NCBI RefSeq assembly: GCF_963853765.1
Contig: NC_088858.1
Coordinates: forward strand, 41,540,001 to 41,604,000
DNA from: Magallana gigas
Lineage: Eukaryota
Direction: 5' to 3'
Length of the DNA stretch: 64,000 bases
Shown in pieces: positions 1 through 14,300 of the stretch. Both the position numbers and the translations under genes were made by a program. Each line of letters begins with the position of its first letter. Positions within the stretch are counted from its first letter, which is position 1. The notes beneath the pieces are model-generated. The model ran no database searches. It had not been told where the DNA came from and saw only the letters and a list, made by a program, of their open reading frames with translations.

Positions 1-837
1 TTATATATATGGGAATTTATTAATACCCTTAATGCACTTATTTACATATATCAGATCACATATTTTTCTTATGTCATTATGGAAATATATAATTATAAAC
101 CGGTAGATTGAACAGATAGTCAAAATATTGTGTTTTTGTCATTAGCGTATAAAGAATATTCAATACCAGTCCTAATGGAAATTTTGAGTCCTCGCTAGAG
201 CTCTTTCCTTTTGTACAAAAGATTAATGGGGTCCTGATGGTATTTCTACATGTAAATTCAATTCTCAATTCAGAAGTAGTTAAAGTCTCCTTTGGTGAAC
301 CTCAGATTCTGTGTTGATATTTAAATGTAGCATTAGTAGTAAATACCTGTTGATAGTCAATTCTTTGATCACACCAATTGAGCCGTTTATGAATTTTCAA
401 TGCTGAAATTTAAATGATCCAATTCATTAACACTAAAAAAAATGGTCTTGTCATGCAATGCTGTGGATTTTGTGGTTATATAAGTATATATGATTAACAT
501 TAATTATGATTAAATTGGTTCATCCACATACATGTACATGGGTACTTGCTGACCTTTAGTCTTTTATTTCCACGCACCCTCACTACATTTGCTTCTGTCT
601 GCTCTTGAAGTATATTTTGTATATTTGTTGGAGAAATTATCTGCTAAGATTTCAGAGCTTAATATTTGGTTTTTAGTTGTTTGTGGATAGAAAAACAATT
701 TGTTATCATAGGTTTAGAGATATGGTTTATTAAGGTTTGTTGGTAAAATTTTTAGTTTCCTTTGATTAAAGAATTTCAGTTTTATAAATTATTTTGTTAG
801 GTGTCTAATTGAAATTTTGTTATTGATTGAGTCTTGT

Positions 838-1088
838 TAGAACCATTTTAACAAGACCTTGGACTTTCGGATGGAAGTAGCTATCTATTTCTTGCGTCAA
901 AACAAGTTGAAAATGACGCGGTTTGAAGCGAAATATGCACCGATTGCATAGTCTTAGCTCAAAAGCTGAAATTCTTGTTGATTTTAAAGAGCCATGGCTG
1001 AGTGACAAGCAATGAAATAGACAGGCCTACGTCACATTGCTGTTTGACACAAATACCCAAAGTCCAAGCTCTTGTTGAAATGGTTCTA
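838..1088. mobile_element. ~250-bp MITE-like inverted-repeat element in a MOK intron
   Basis: The reverse complement of 838-867 (TAGAACCATTTTAACAAGACCTTGGACTTT) matches 1059-1088 (AAAGTCCAAGCTCTTGTTGAAATGGTTCTA) at 28/30. The outer TA could be a TA target duplication. No coding capacity recognised. Confidence 0.6.
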
Positions 1089-2263
1089 AATTAAAGTGTA
1101 CATGTTTGTGGGAGGGGGGTTAGTCTTTACACACTCCAAGTCCAAGTCCAAGTCCAAATCTAAATTCTGATAGATATTTCAGAATGCATTGGACATTTAT
1201 GACTGATCTCTATGTCACTCAAAGTTTGTGTTTTCTTGTGCATGTACATTATTACCGTATATAATAATTAAGGAGATTCACAGTAAGTTCCAAAACCTAT
1301 AAAAATCATGAACAAGGAAATACTACTGCAGCCTTGAGTTCAGGTTTTATCCTCATGCATGCCTGTTTAGCTTAACATTCAAAGTTAATCAATAACAAGA
1401 TTAAATCTACAAGATAAGATCTAATTAAGACATTCCACATAACCCCAAATTTTTTCATGTACGGAAGTAGGATGGAATTGGTCTGTTTTGCTGAGTCATG
1501 GTCTTAACCAGCTATTTGCTGTCTGGTTGGCGTAAACGTCAACTTGCTCCAATCTTTTCTCCGTGATCGATCCTTCCCCCTCTGAAGTAGCAGTCTCTTT
1601 AAATGGTTTCTATACACAGTGTTTAGAGTATCTGCTCCCCTAATATTCTCAGACAAAAGTCGCTATGTAGGGCCTAGAAGCCCGCTATTCAAACAGGAAA
1701 CATAAAATAAGTAAACAATTGTATCTGGTTTTGAACTTAGTTGACACATTTTATCATACTGAATTAATCACCCACAACAGAATTTTGAAAATTGTCTCAA
1801 TTTAATAAATGATGTAAAACTCATCCCAGTGATTACAAAATGACAAATTTAAAATCTTAAAAGATTAATTTGATTTTACCTTTGAAAAAAAAAAACAACC
1901 CAGCAACATGCACTTTCTATTCAGTCTGACTTATTTAAAGTTTTTCGTATGTATATCAATTCTGTTTTCTGTTTCATGCATACTATATAGTTTACTATTT
2001 TCTTCAATAAATGATTTTATCATTTGCAAATGATAGCCAAATTAAATTTTGATGACCCCCCCCCCCCCCCCCCCCCACCCCTAATTTTTTTTTAAATTAA
2101 TGCGTGCATCCCATCATATGACATTTACTTAGCATTTTGTTCTTAAATATTTGATTACAGTACATACATAGCAGCAGGAGTGTTTTAATTTGATCAGCTA
2201 TTGATAATGAATATGATATTTTTTGATACATTTGGTACAGTTTTCTTCTTTTTTTATTTCCAG

Positions 2264-5200
2264 TTTAGAACAAGTGAATAATCTAAGGGAAATTCAAGCC
2301 ATGAGAAGACTCAGCCCACACGCCAATATCCTGGAACTCCAGGAGGTCATATTGTAAGTCATTTGGATACACTTGTTTGAAATATATCAGATTCATAAAA
2401 TCATTAGGAAGAAAAAGCAAGTTCTTATCCTTAGCCACCCATCTTCGCAAGCTGAGGGTTTTTGGTCTTCTCTGCTACCCTTTGGAAGAGCGGAAAGTGG
2501 AGCAACCAAAAACCCTTGGCTTGCAAAGATGTTTAATACAGTAGCAAATATGTCATTTTTTTTTAATAAAATGTCTTTCATACAAAACTAAGGGTATAAT
2601 TCTGAGTCTCTATAGACTACATGTAAATTGTACATTGTCTCCTATATTTAAAGTTTGTGCCATTAGTTAGTAAGGTACAATATTTTACAAAGTTTTAGAA
2701 GAAATCAGTGGCATCATATTGGTTTTCCAAGTGATGTTCAATGGAAGAGTAATTCATTCATGGATAGGTATTTTCTGAGGAAAAAAATGCCCTTTGTGTT
2801 CTTTGAAATGTTATACATATACCATTCATCAAGATAATGACAGAAATAATTCTAAGATCCCCTCAACAAAGTAGGGCATTCTCTAGACAGAATATTGACT
2901 ATACTTGTATTTTCAATAATTAACAAAATACACAATCATGTTTGTGGCATTAAAATTGCATGATATATTGATGTATTGACACGGTGGTATCAATGATTCA
3001 TGAACTGTGGTAGGAATGTTTTACATGTAAGCTTTTTGGTTCTTATAAGATTGAGTTGAAGGGACTGATCTAAATTAAATAACTATGTGCATTTCTGTTT
3101 ATCTTGTGTGTGCTATAATGAACCCTGTGTGTACTGGGTAGCCAAGACTGACCAAATATTTATAAATGCCGATTATAGTTTTTATTGATTAACATAAATT
3201 ATATGTACACATTTATAATTGGCCATTACAAGATTTCATTGTTATTTTGTTAGCAAAAGTGACCAGTTGTTGGTTTATTTAAATACAGAAGTACATGTCT
3301 ACATATTGAGTATAGAGTGTTTTAAACAAATCCTTGAAGATGAAACCTTTCATGTTGGAAAAAAATTGTCTTACTTTTATGAAAGATACACACAATTTGA
3401 AATAAAATGAGGAAATCCTCTGTGGGGCTTTTTGAGTTCCTTGGTCGGTTATGTTAAATTCTATCTGACCAATATTTTACATGTTATTGTATTTGATATA
3501 TTTTATGCCTTAATTAATCATTTAAAAAATTGGAGTTGAAAATAATGTGATATATTTAATTGTTTTACTTTATATCAAAACATATATACTGTTTATATAT
3601 ATAAACAGCCATATACTTAATACAATAAATCTAAGAACCGCTTTTCTCTAAATTACAGTGACAAGAAGTCCGGAACTCTAGTCCTTATATGTGAATTAAT
3701 GGATATGAATATCTATGAGTTAATACGAGGTACGTATTTCATATACATGTACTGTACTAATTCTAAAATTTGCATACTGCATAAGTGTGTAAAGCTATTA
3801 CATGATATTATTGCAATTTTTTCCCAAATTTTGCCATGATAATGTACATCTGTTTCAAATGGATATTTAAATAGACTTATATATATAATTATATTTCCTG
3901 TTAGAATATTTCATAAAAATATAGTTTTGAGAAGGGAATTATCTTATGACTGCAATTTAATTTATAAATCTCGGGGAAAATTAAGAAGTGGTTATATTGA
4001 CCTTAGAAAATGAAGGTCATTTGATTCCTGTGGGTACTGTCTGTCTATCGAGTATACTCTCTAGTTCTCCTGGTCATATCCATCAATGTCGGGGGGATTT
4101 AATGGGAAAGAACATGAGAAACTCCCATTGTAAAAAGGGCCACCAAGGATGTTGCATGAATAATTCAGCATGGGTCTGTCTCTAAAATACATTTAAACAT
4201 ACCTTGATCATAATAGAAATATATAGTGGTATATGTTGAAAGGTTGGCGGGTTATACTCCCAGAAATCGTATTTATTACATCTAGATTGCAGGTACCAGC
4301 CATTTTCTCTCTGCTTTTATCTAAGGACCAAAGTATTGTGGCTCGAGTATATTGATTCGATTCATTCGCTGTTAAAACCTGAAGCCTTTACTTCCTATTT
4401 TGTAAGCTATCAACAAATATCCCTCGTTATGAGTCTTATTAATTTGAAGACAATAAATCTTCATGGCTGTAATTTTTTAGTGATACAGAATTTTATGTAA
4501 TATCTAATATGTTTACTATTGGTTGTATTACTTAGTTGATAACCCCACATAAAATACAGCATTTATAACTTGGAGACCATAAAGAAACACTCTTACTAGT
4601 CATTTTGCTTCCAAGAGACGACATCATATTTATTCATAACTGTTCCTTTCTGTTTAAAAGAATTCAAATATTCCAGAGTTGATGGGGAAAAAATTGTTTT
4701 GATGAAATTCAGGAGGGTTGCTGTTTTAAAAATTGACATTAGATATATTAAAAAGGCATTTAACTTGGGTGTATCAGGAAATTACCTTTGGCAATGAAGA
4801 AAAAGTCATTGAAACTAAGGGTGTTTCAAAGGAATGAATATTTTATCTTACTTTATTTCTTTAAAAGCATGCAGTATGAAGACATTTTATAATGGTAGAT
4901 TTTTCAAAATTTAAGAATTCTATATGAATAAACTAGCTGTTATTCTGATAATTTAACCCCCATTGCTCCATAATTATAATCAATTTGTATATAGAACAAT
5001 GCCATAGATGTACCCATATTCACAGATTAAAAAGTTCCAGAAACATAATGTTGAAATTATATGGCGAACGGCAAATCTATACATGATGAGATGCAAATTG
5101 TATTACTTTTAAATTTTTAAACATTAAAATGTTCCAGTATACTCATTGCCATAGCTAAGTTCATAGCAACATCAGAATTAAATGCTTCTCCAAAGGGTTT

Positions 5201-8200
5201 TAAATTAAGGGAAATATATTACATTTAACATTAAAGCATCTTTCTCAGACAATTAGACTTTACATGAAATTAAGATATATTAAAAGATGTACTCTGAGTA
5301 TATAACTTGAATAAAATCTATTGGGATCTGGAGGCTGATGATTATGTATGTAAATACCATCACTTTATGACAATACATTAGTTTGTATTGATGAGTAAAA
5401 ATACTTAAAAGGAATGTATGCTCATGTGTTGAAGTTTTTGAATTCCACAGCAACTAGTATTTAATGTTACAACATAAGGCTTAGTAGATCTCCAATTAGT
5501 GCTGGTTTTAAGGCCCTCTGGATTTAATATCCTTTAGTTCACCAACCCCAGAATATAGATTTTGCCATATCGCTGCAATTTTATGGAGGAGCAAAGGGTA
5601 TTACAGTACCCAAGAAAAGACAAGATAAAGTTAGCATGCATACTAGTTGTGATTCAATCTGTATGCCAAATCACACATTCAAATATTGATTTAAATAAAA
5701 AGACTGTTAAGAGAAAAGAAAATAAGACCAGGCAGATTTTTTCTTCCTCTTGTTATATGCTTGAGCTATGTCTTTTACTGTTTGGGGAGGTCTCCATTTG
5801 GAAATAAATGAAAAAAAGTCAGCACCAATTGAGGCCATAGTTTATAACTAGAACAGAGAAATCAGCACTTAAACTGTCAGAGAGTGTCTCGCCAACCTTC
5901 TGCCGTGTTCAGGCTGTCTGTGAAGTCCTTTAATGGCCATTGATATTGTCATATACCCTGATTACTCATTCCCATGCATTATTAGAAGGGAACTAAATTG
6001 AGTTTGATAATAACCTTGTGAAAAACTGTGATAGGATGTACCTAGAAACTCCCGAATTTAATCTAAATTGAATAAACTGTGAAATAATGAATTTTCATTT
6101 GGCAAGATATTCATATCCTAATATTAGGCTTCACAGAATATATAGTAAAATGTCAGATACCATAAGTAACAAGTTCAATACAGGTACATGCTTCTGGTAG
6201 ACAGGGTGTTGTTTACCTTCTTTAGAAAACATGGAGATCCTTTTTTCAATAGATCAAAGTGAATCAGATTGTGATAATGCTGTTCTCTGCATTGTTAAAA
6301 AGCAATATCTTCATAAGCACTGACAAGGTCTTTTATTCAGCGCTGAAATCATTTCCTCCTCACATTTTCTGGTCCCAGGGTCTATCTCTCTCTCTACAGT
6401 TGTATTAATATGACCATAACATGTAAATGCAAGTACCGAGAAGACAAATTCAAAATGCATTTCACAGAAAAAAAAAACTAAGTATTAGCCTTCTTGTGTG
6501 AAGTGCGCTAAAACATGCTTGAAGTGTGCACAAGTGGTTGAATTTGATAAATACTAAATAGAACAAGTTTTGTCAACAATTTAAAGGGGAACGCTGGTCT
6601 CCTTCTTTTTGCCTATCTCAGTCATGTTCGTTTTATTAAAGTGTCATATGTAACTTAGGGCCTTAAAGGGCAAAGAACAGAAATTTCTCTAATGCAGTTG
6701 GACTTTGGAGGCTTCTGACTTCTGTGGGAACAGATTAAATTCCCCCATTTGTGTCATTGTATTTCATTTCACCAAAATATGGATATAGAAGCTCATGCAT
6801 TCATAAAAGTCAAATTAATTATGAAAAACTATTTACTGAAAATTCCTTTGTTAAAGGCAAGAAATTAATATCCGTGTAAAATAGCAAGAAGCAGTCCTTG
6901 CGGATTTAAGATCTTGCTTTTATTTTTCAGACAGTTTTCAGCTGTATGAAATTATACCAAAAAGTTGTGCTCGTGATTTTTCTCAATTTGATGCAAAACA
7001 GTGGTTTCGCGGAATAAATGCTCACGTAAAATAAGGAATTTACAGTATTACACACATATGCTTAGAATCATTAAACTCCTAGTTTATCAACTTGATTGAA
7101 TGTTAATGGGAATTTTTACTCATTCTGACAATCGGATGCAAATATTTATCCAGATAAGATAAAAAAAATTGTATACAATAGCTACATGTTAATGTTTTGA
7201 ATGTGTCCATGCATGATTTCAGGAAAAAGACATTATTTACCAGAAAGAAAAGTCAAACATTATATGTATCAACTTCTTAAATCGGTTGAGCATATGCATA
7301 GGTAAGGCGGAGCACCTGACGCAAGCACCTGTTCCAATTAAGCAGTCTTTGTTCTCCTCACCCCTGCACCTATAGCAACTCTTGCATCACCCTGTAGCTA
7401 GTCTATGTTCGCACTTTGTTAAAAGATTTCATATAGCTTTATAGGCTACCTATTTCTCATATAAAAAATAGCTACTGGTTAGATTTTAAGTAGTTTAGAT
7501 CAGTTCTTTCTCTGTAGTTTTGTCTAACACATATATTCTGGCACAGTAGTCATTTAGTCTATAGTCACTTTGTAGTCAAGTTGTTTTCACTCTTGGATAT
7601 CATGAAGCCTGTCATATAAATAATATCCCAGTCTAACTTCATCAGATTCTGTTGAAAAATAATTCAGGTTATTTCAATTTAAAGTATGGATTTTGATTTT
7701 GTTTGGTTTTTCCTATTCAAATTCAATGGCATCATTTTTAAAAAGTAGTATATCATCAATGTGTATGAACCATTGCTTCCCTCGGCAAACAGTGGCCAAA
7801 CTTTTAAAGTCTTTGTTACCCCAGTGTTTTAAATCCCAGTTGCAAGGGAAAGTACATTGTATTTCACAGTTCTGATATTGCCTCATAATGTAGAATGGTG
7901 TACCATGTCATGAAAAGTGAAATAATAAATCTCTGAAAAGAACAACTCATGCAGATGTGATAGCAGTCATTTGATTGCAGGGTAGTTAAGATTACGGAGG
8001 GTTCCTCTTTTGTTTTGGGTTGTCAACAAGATGATCCGTGCCGATGCCCTCTGTCAAGATCAATTCAGAAAACTCTTCTGTTTTACCTTATATTTCATTA
8101 CCTGGCCACGATAAATACTGTACCTTGGTGATATGCTTCTTGTAATCAAAAGATTGATATATGTATAAACAGTAGAAAAAATATTGGGGGTATAAAGAAA

Positions 8201-11200
8201 TCAAACCCATAAAATTACTCGTAGATAGTTTTCAAAATGTGTTTCTTTTAGATGTTGACTGTTATTTTTTCTTGAATCTTCACACTTTCCTACAATACAG
8301 TGAATGAAAGAGCAATGTTTTTAAGCCTTATTGTGCACAAGCAATTTAATCAAATTGGAAAAAACAGTCATATTATGGTGTGACCAGTGGTGAAAGTCTT
8401 ATATATTTGGTTGATGTACAAATCAACATAAGATGAATTTTAAATTAAAAGTTGATCGAAAACTTAAATCAATAATCAGGGCTGTAGCAACTCTCAGTCA
8501 GCTATGAAAATTGGTACACAGTTTTTGTCATAAATTTTTGTAAAGTACATGTACCGGTACATGTACATATTAAAAAAAAATATCAATACGATTTAATAAC
8601 ATAATTTTTATAATTGCTTTAAGACTGATGATTGACACTACTCGGCATCATTGCTCTTTAGTACATTGTATGACACTGATATTAGTAGAAATGTTCACAC
8701 TAGATCAGCTACTAGTAGAGCATATGTGTGTGTTTTCTTTTGTTTCACCCTATACCTGACATTTCTTGCAGACAAACGTCACTATCTTCCTGAGAAAACG
8801 GTTAAAAAATACATGTTACAACTTTGTAAATCAGTTGACCATTGCCATAGGTATGTACAGGTAGAAATGGCTGCATCAAAAGTGACTGCTTTATCATTGT
8901 TTTGATGGTTTAAATAATGACCAAATTGATTGAATGAAAAAAAGGATTAAATCCTGTCTAGCATGTTTTGAGAGTTTGAATTATTATTAAAAATTTGTTT
9001 ATTTGTGCAACCAGTCGACCTGTTTGTTATAATTAACTTATTATAATGTGTGGCAATTAAATGTGACAATGATTATTTTTAGAGCAAGTACATTTGTTCA
9101 TTAAACAAAATAATATTATAATTTCTGTGCATTTAATATAACATGTGTATTATTAATGCTTGCCTACTGGCACTGTACCAGTTATCGGCTAAAATTTAAC
9201 GGTTTCTTTTCATAATTCCTTATTTCTTGATATTTTTGGATAAAACTTGACTCACTTTAAAAAGTGGACTCCTTATTTATCAATCTGTTAGTTTATATCA
9301 TTATTTAGAACCCAAAACATCTTGTTTTGTGCTTTTATGCACGCCCCGAATTTGCCAAGTTCTTACGATTTACTGTACCAGTTATCGGCTTCGTGATAAT
9401 AACATAGTAAAAATCCGTGTTCATGTTGATTTTATACTCTGCACCAAATTGTATACTACTCAATACATAATTGTGCAATCAGGCTTTCAATTGCGCTACG
9501 AATCTCTTGAAAATTCGTGAATTCCTTTTGTTTATACATGTTAAATGTATTGATTTTATATGTCAAATCAAAGAAGGGATATAATAACGTATCACAAAGA
9601 GGTAATATTCTATTTTTAACTTATTACGTCACTTCCCCCACTGCTGAAAGTGCAAAGATGTAAAATCAGCGGTAAACAATGATCTTTTAAGCTCATTATA
9701 AAACATATTCAAGAAAGTTTTCAAGCAAACTTACTTTTCTTTATTCGAAAAAGACGACTGAATTAAAAAATCTTGGATTGTCGCGTGCTATAAACCCGAA
9801 CACTCAGTTTAGCCGATAACTGGTCTTAGCCGATAACTGGTACAGTACCAGTAGTACATAGAACTTTCCTATATAGTTTCATTTTGTTTTTCTCCTTTTT
9901 TAAAACTTATTAAACTGCATGCAAAAATGGAAATTCTCAACATAGGATAAAACGTTACCACCACTAATATTTTATACAATAAAAAATCTAGAATTACATA
10001 GATTTGAACTTATATTCAGAAATCAAAATGTATATTTAAGAATTAAATGAATTTTTTGTTTTTGAAATACTTACTGCAAATACTTACTGCATGATTGATC
10101 TTCTTCTATGTAGGAATGGAATATTTCACAGGGATGTCAAGCCAGAAAATATCTTAATAAGGGTAGGTTTCTCATCTCTTGAAAAAAAATATTATTGGTA
10201 GGTTTATCATCTCTTACAAAAATTGTTACTAGTTTTAGATTTAGTCACATGACAATGATCATATCCTTAGTGATTAAGGTTCAGTACATTTTGAATTCAT
10301 TTGTTGCATATAATCACAGTTAAAAACTAGGTTATTTATAGAAATCAGTTCTACCAAACAATATACCAATAGTTATAATTTTATTTTGATTTCTTTTTTT
10401 CAGGAAGATGTTCTGAAACTTGCAGATTTTGGTTCTTGTCGAAGTGTCTACTCAAAACAGCCTTATACTGAGTATATCTCAACTCGATGGTCAGTATTCT
10501 GCACTCTGCACTTTAATTCACTAATTCTTTAAAAAACACTTTGATCAGGATATGTTTAGTTTACAAAAACAGTATTTTATTGAATGGGATTAGGCAGCAA
10601 ACAGTCAGCCTCTTTTAGCCCTTTCCCTAATATGAGCTATTTACATTCTATTTGACCTAATTGATTTGACATTGACCTTTTAGGAACCTCCATAACAGGT
10701 GTTTTGCAATAAATCAGCTTGCACATTCAGTGCAGCAACCAGTCATTGACAAGTGCAAATATGTCGTAAATCTGTCTGTTTCAAAACTATCATATTGGTT
10801 TTAATGTGGAATTCATGAAATAGCGCTGTTAAGTTCTTATCGACCTGTTACAAAGTGGCAGTAGCTTTATTTGACTTGCCTGCAGATGTTAGTTTTAGGG
10901 AAAATCCAATGCATATTGATCATGCCTATTTTAGGTTAAAATGCAAACAGAGAATATTTACATATTTTTTCTTTCAAATTTTACTTACATGAACCAAACA
11001 AATACATATTAAGATAAACATTCAGATATGGCCCCTGGTAATTACCTTTCACTTCCATGCAGATAGTATATATAAATTATATAAGAATTCTAGGTATGGG
11101 AGATGTTATTTAGTAAGCCACAAAGTATTCACATAAAATACATACTGTTGAAATATTATCAGTATTCAAATAATTTTCTTATATGAACAGCTGTGTTTTC

Positions 11201-11280
11201 ATCAGGAATTGTTTTAACAGATTGTTTTGAGAACAATTTTCTATACTTACATGAGGTACAAGTCAACATTGGTGCTGTAA

Positions 11281-11343
<63 letters not shown>

Positions 11344-14300
11344 TGTATAGAATTGTTTTGTTGTAAGAGTCTGGGCCGGGATTCATAAAGATTCTAAGAT
11401 TTTTCTTAAAAAATGCACTTAAGTGTTAAATAAATTCTTAGTTAAGAAAAAAACTTAAGAACAAATTCATAAAAATACTAAACATAATTCTTAACTGAGT
11501 ATAAACTTAAGAAATTCATGTACTTAAGTCAAAGCTCCATGACAACACTTACAAATTCCCGGAATTTTCCTTGCCTACAAACGCGCTCTTTTGTGAAAGA
11601 GGTAAAAAAGTTAAGACTGTGACGTGAATTAGCAGACGGGAAAAAGTCAAAACAATGGATTCGCAGACGAAAAGAAAACCCAATTGGAACGCCGATGAAA
11701 CGCTAGCACTAACAAACCTAGTCGATGAAAATAAGCAGATATTGAGGGGGAAATTAGGACCATCGCTGACTTCAGAAATGAAAAGCCGGATGTGGCGAAA
11801 CATTGCAGTTTCATTGACTGCCATGGGTGTTGGGCCCGGTAGAACCGCTGCAGAGGTTGAGAAGAAATGGCACAACATTTTCTCTAAATCTAAATCAGAG
11901 ATATCTGATCACAGAAGAGCTACGACTGGAACAGGTTTGTTATTACGCACAAAATTGAGCTTGTTTTCAAAATTTAAGTTCGCATACAAATTGCATGATA
12001 CAAAGATACACATTTATTTCGTTTCAGTAATGACAATTGAAGGATACAATGTAGGCCTATACTTATATATAATTTGATTCACTGTATAATAAAAAAGACT
12101 AATCAATTTAATATTTCCTGTACAATACAAAATTTGCCGCGAAAGGATTTGTATAAACTCCGATAGAATTCATTTGCTATAACCGAGGAAATGTGGATCG
12201 CCAAATTTGAACAATTCACATTTTCGGTGTGTTATTCATTATCATGTTCAGCTAAACCACAAATGAGAAGTTGTATGAGGCCTTGTGTTAAACAATGTTG
12301 TTTTTTAATGCAAAAGCAATGGAAATTAAATTGTAAACAATTAACACTGAAAAAAATACATGCACCGACCTAAGGGGGGGGGGGGGGGGGGGGGTCATTG
12401 GCGTTTTGACCCCCAACCCCGGGAAATTTATTTAAAATCAAGTTGTAACTATGCCTTGGATCCCCTCACAATGTCAAACCTTGGAAAACCCTCCTTCCAT
12501 GGAAAAATATGGACATTAGGAATTTAATAAAATTAATATGAATTTTCTGCCGCGGGGGGGGGGGGGCTTCCACAGACCCTATTTAGATCTGCGCATGCAC
12601 ACATGAAAATATAATACTTGGATTTCAATTATGATTATAAATACCACATGTATAAATGTAATAAAGAAATTATGATCACAATTAGATGGAATCGCAATAT
12701 ATTTTGAATTTTTGTATAATCTTTTACTGTTATTTTGCATATCAAATTATGTTGCTGTGTACTATTCTCAATTGATTAATTGATGATTGAAGGTGGTGGT
12801 CCTCCCCAAAAGACACTCAGCACAATCGCCATGGCTGTTTCAAATGTGGTGGGGGAAAACAACACTTGCCTGTCTGGTATTCCCGGAGGTTTGGACACCT
12901 CTATCATTCAGTTGGGCGGACTTATTGGAGAAGAGCCAGTGTAAGAATATATACACTAGTATGCGTGTGTGACTAAACAATCTCATTTAAAATTACTGGT
13001 ATCAAGAATTCATAGAAAAAGGTATATATAAAGAAAAATAAGTAACTTGAGCTGTATGAACAAAACTGATGAAATTTATTGAGATAGGCATATTTAATGA
13101 CTTTTCATTGATATCAATCATTCCAAGTATGAAATAAAATATTTATAAAAAAATGTTTTTGCAAAGATCATAAAATCATAAAACTCCAAATATGGTAACA
13201 TCTACAGACAAACAAAATTTTAATCTTCACATTTTTTGCAGTGGGATCAATATTATTGAGGGACCACCAGATACAGTTCCCCACATTCTGGACCCAGAAT
13301 CACCTCCGCCGCCATCTCCATCTTCATGGATGCTGCCATTAAGCAGAGGTCGCACCAACTGCTCTAATCCTAAAAGGAAAATTGAGGAACTGACTTTGAA
13401 GAAGCTAGAATTAGAAGTTCAGTATCTAGAGTTGAAAATCAAAAAGCTGAAGAAAGAGGAATGAAAAAAAACTATGTCCATTCAATCCATTAGTAAAACA
13501 GAAATTAATTTATATAAATAATGAAGTAAAATGTCAATAGAAATGTAAAGTTAAACTTAAAAGAAATAGTATTTATGACAAATTTTAGAGATTCAGTAGT
13601 TAAATCAATGAATTTAGTAAGAAAGACTTGAAATATGTGCACCTATGATGATCATCTACATGTACAATTAGTGATTTTTATGTGATATTTTATGAAATTT
13701 ATTTTATTAATAATACAAATGTTGTTGTTGTTGTTGCTGTTAATGTTATTTAAAAAAAAACCTGAATATTTTAAAACATGTATGTTTGTTTTCACTCAAA
13801 TGCCTACCAGTCAAAAGTGAGTTTCAGCGAACAGCTGTCTGTAACGAATTCCATCATTCTGTTGACCATTCTGTACATTCAGCCCATCATTCTGCTGATT
13901 GTCATCCAGGTCACCATCCAGGGGGCATGGTATCTGTCTGTCTTTGCAGATATTGTGTAAGATGCAACAAGCAACAATTACTTGGCAAGTCTTGTCTGGG
14001 GATAATCTAACCTCTCCATGCAGAACGTGGAATCTTCTCTTAAGCTGTCCTATGCCTCTCTCCACAATACTTCTTGTCTTTTTATGAGCCCTATAAAATA
14101 CCCTTAATAAATCAATTCTTTCACATGTCTTTGAAATTTAAAATAAAAAATTATGCATATTTTTTAATCATAAAAATTATCAAATTCCATAGATAAGAAC
14201 ACTAATTAACAGATCCCTATTAAGCAGCTCAATGATACTACTTGGCAGATAAATGCCTAAGAATTACTGTAAGCTTCTTTCTGCTTACTTCTATACACAT

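Noticed and set aside
820-1008. 62-aa minus-strand ORF with CxxC
   Set aside because: It lies inside a MITE-like inverted repeat and overlaps its TIR; no recognisable domain.
1490-1670. Minus-strand open stretch (ENIRGADTLNTVYRNHLKRLLL...) as a nested gene or LINE 3' remnant
   Set aside because: No convincing connecting exons or diagnostic motif; the similarity to LINE C-termini is too weak to support by eye.
11159-11386. SLSLSL-containing ORFs (also 19743-20063 tail and 38986-39192)
   Set aside because: Translations of (AG)n/(CT)n microsatellites.
13778-14087. Several plus-strand ORFs overlapping the Harbinger last exon, and similar antisense ORFs over ANKEF1, GPx, PPP2R3C and C19orf47 exons
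   Set aside because: Shadow frames of genuine coding exons with no independent motifs.
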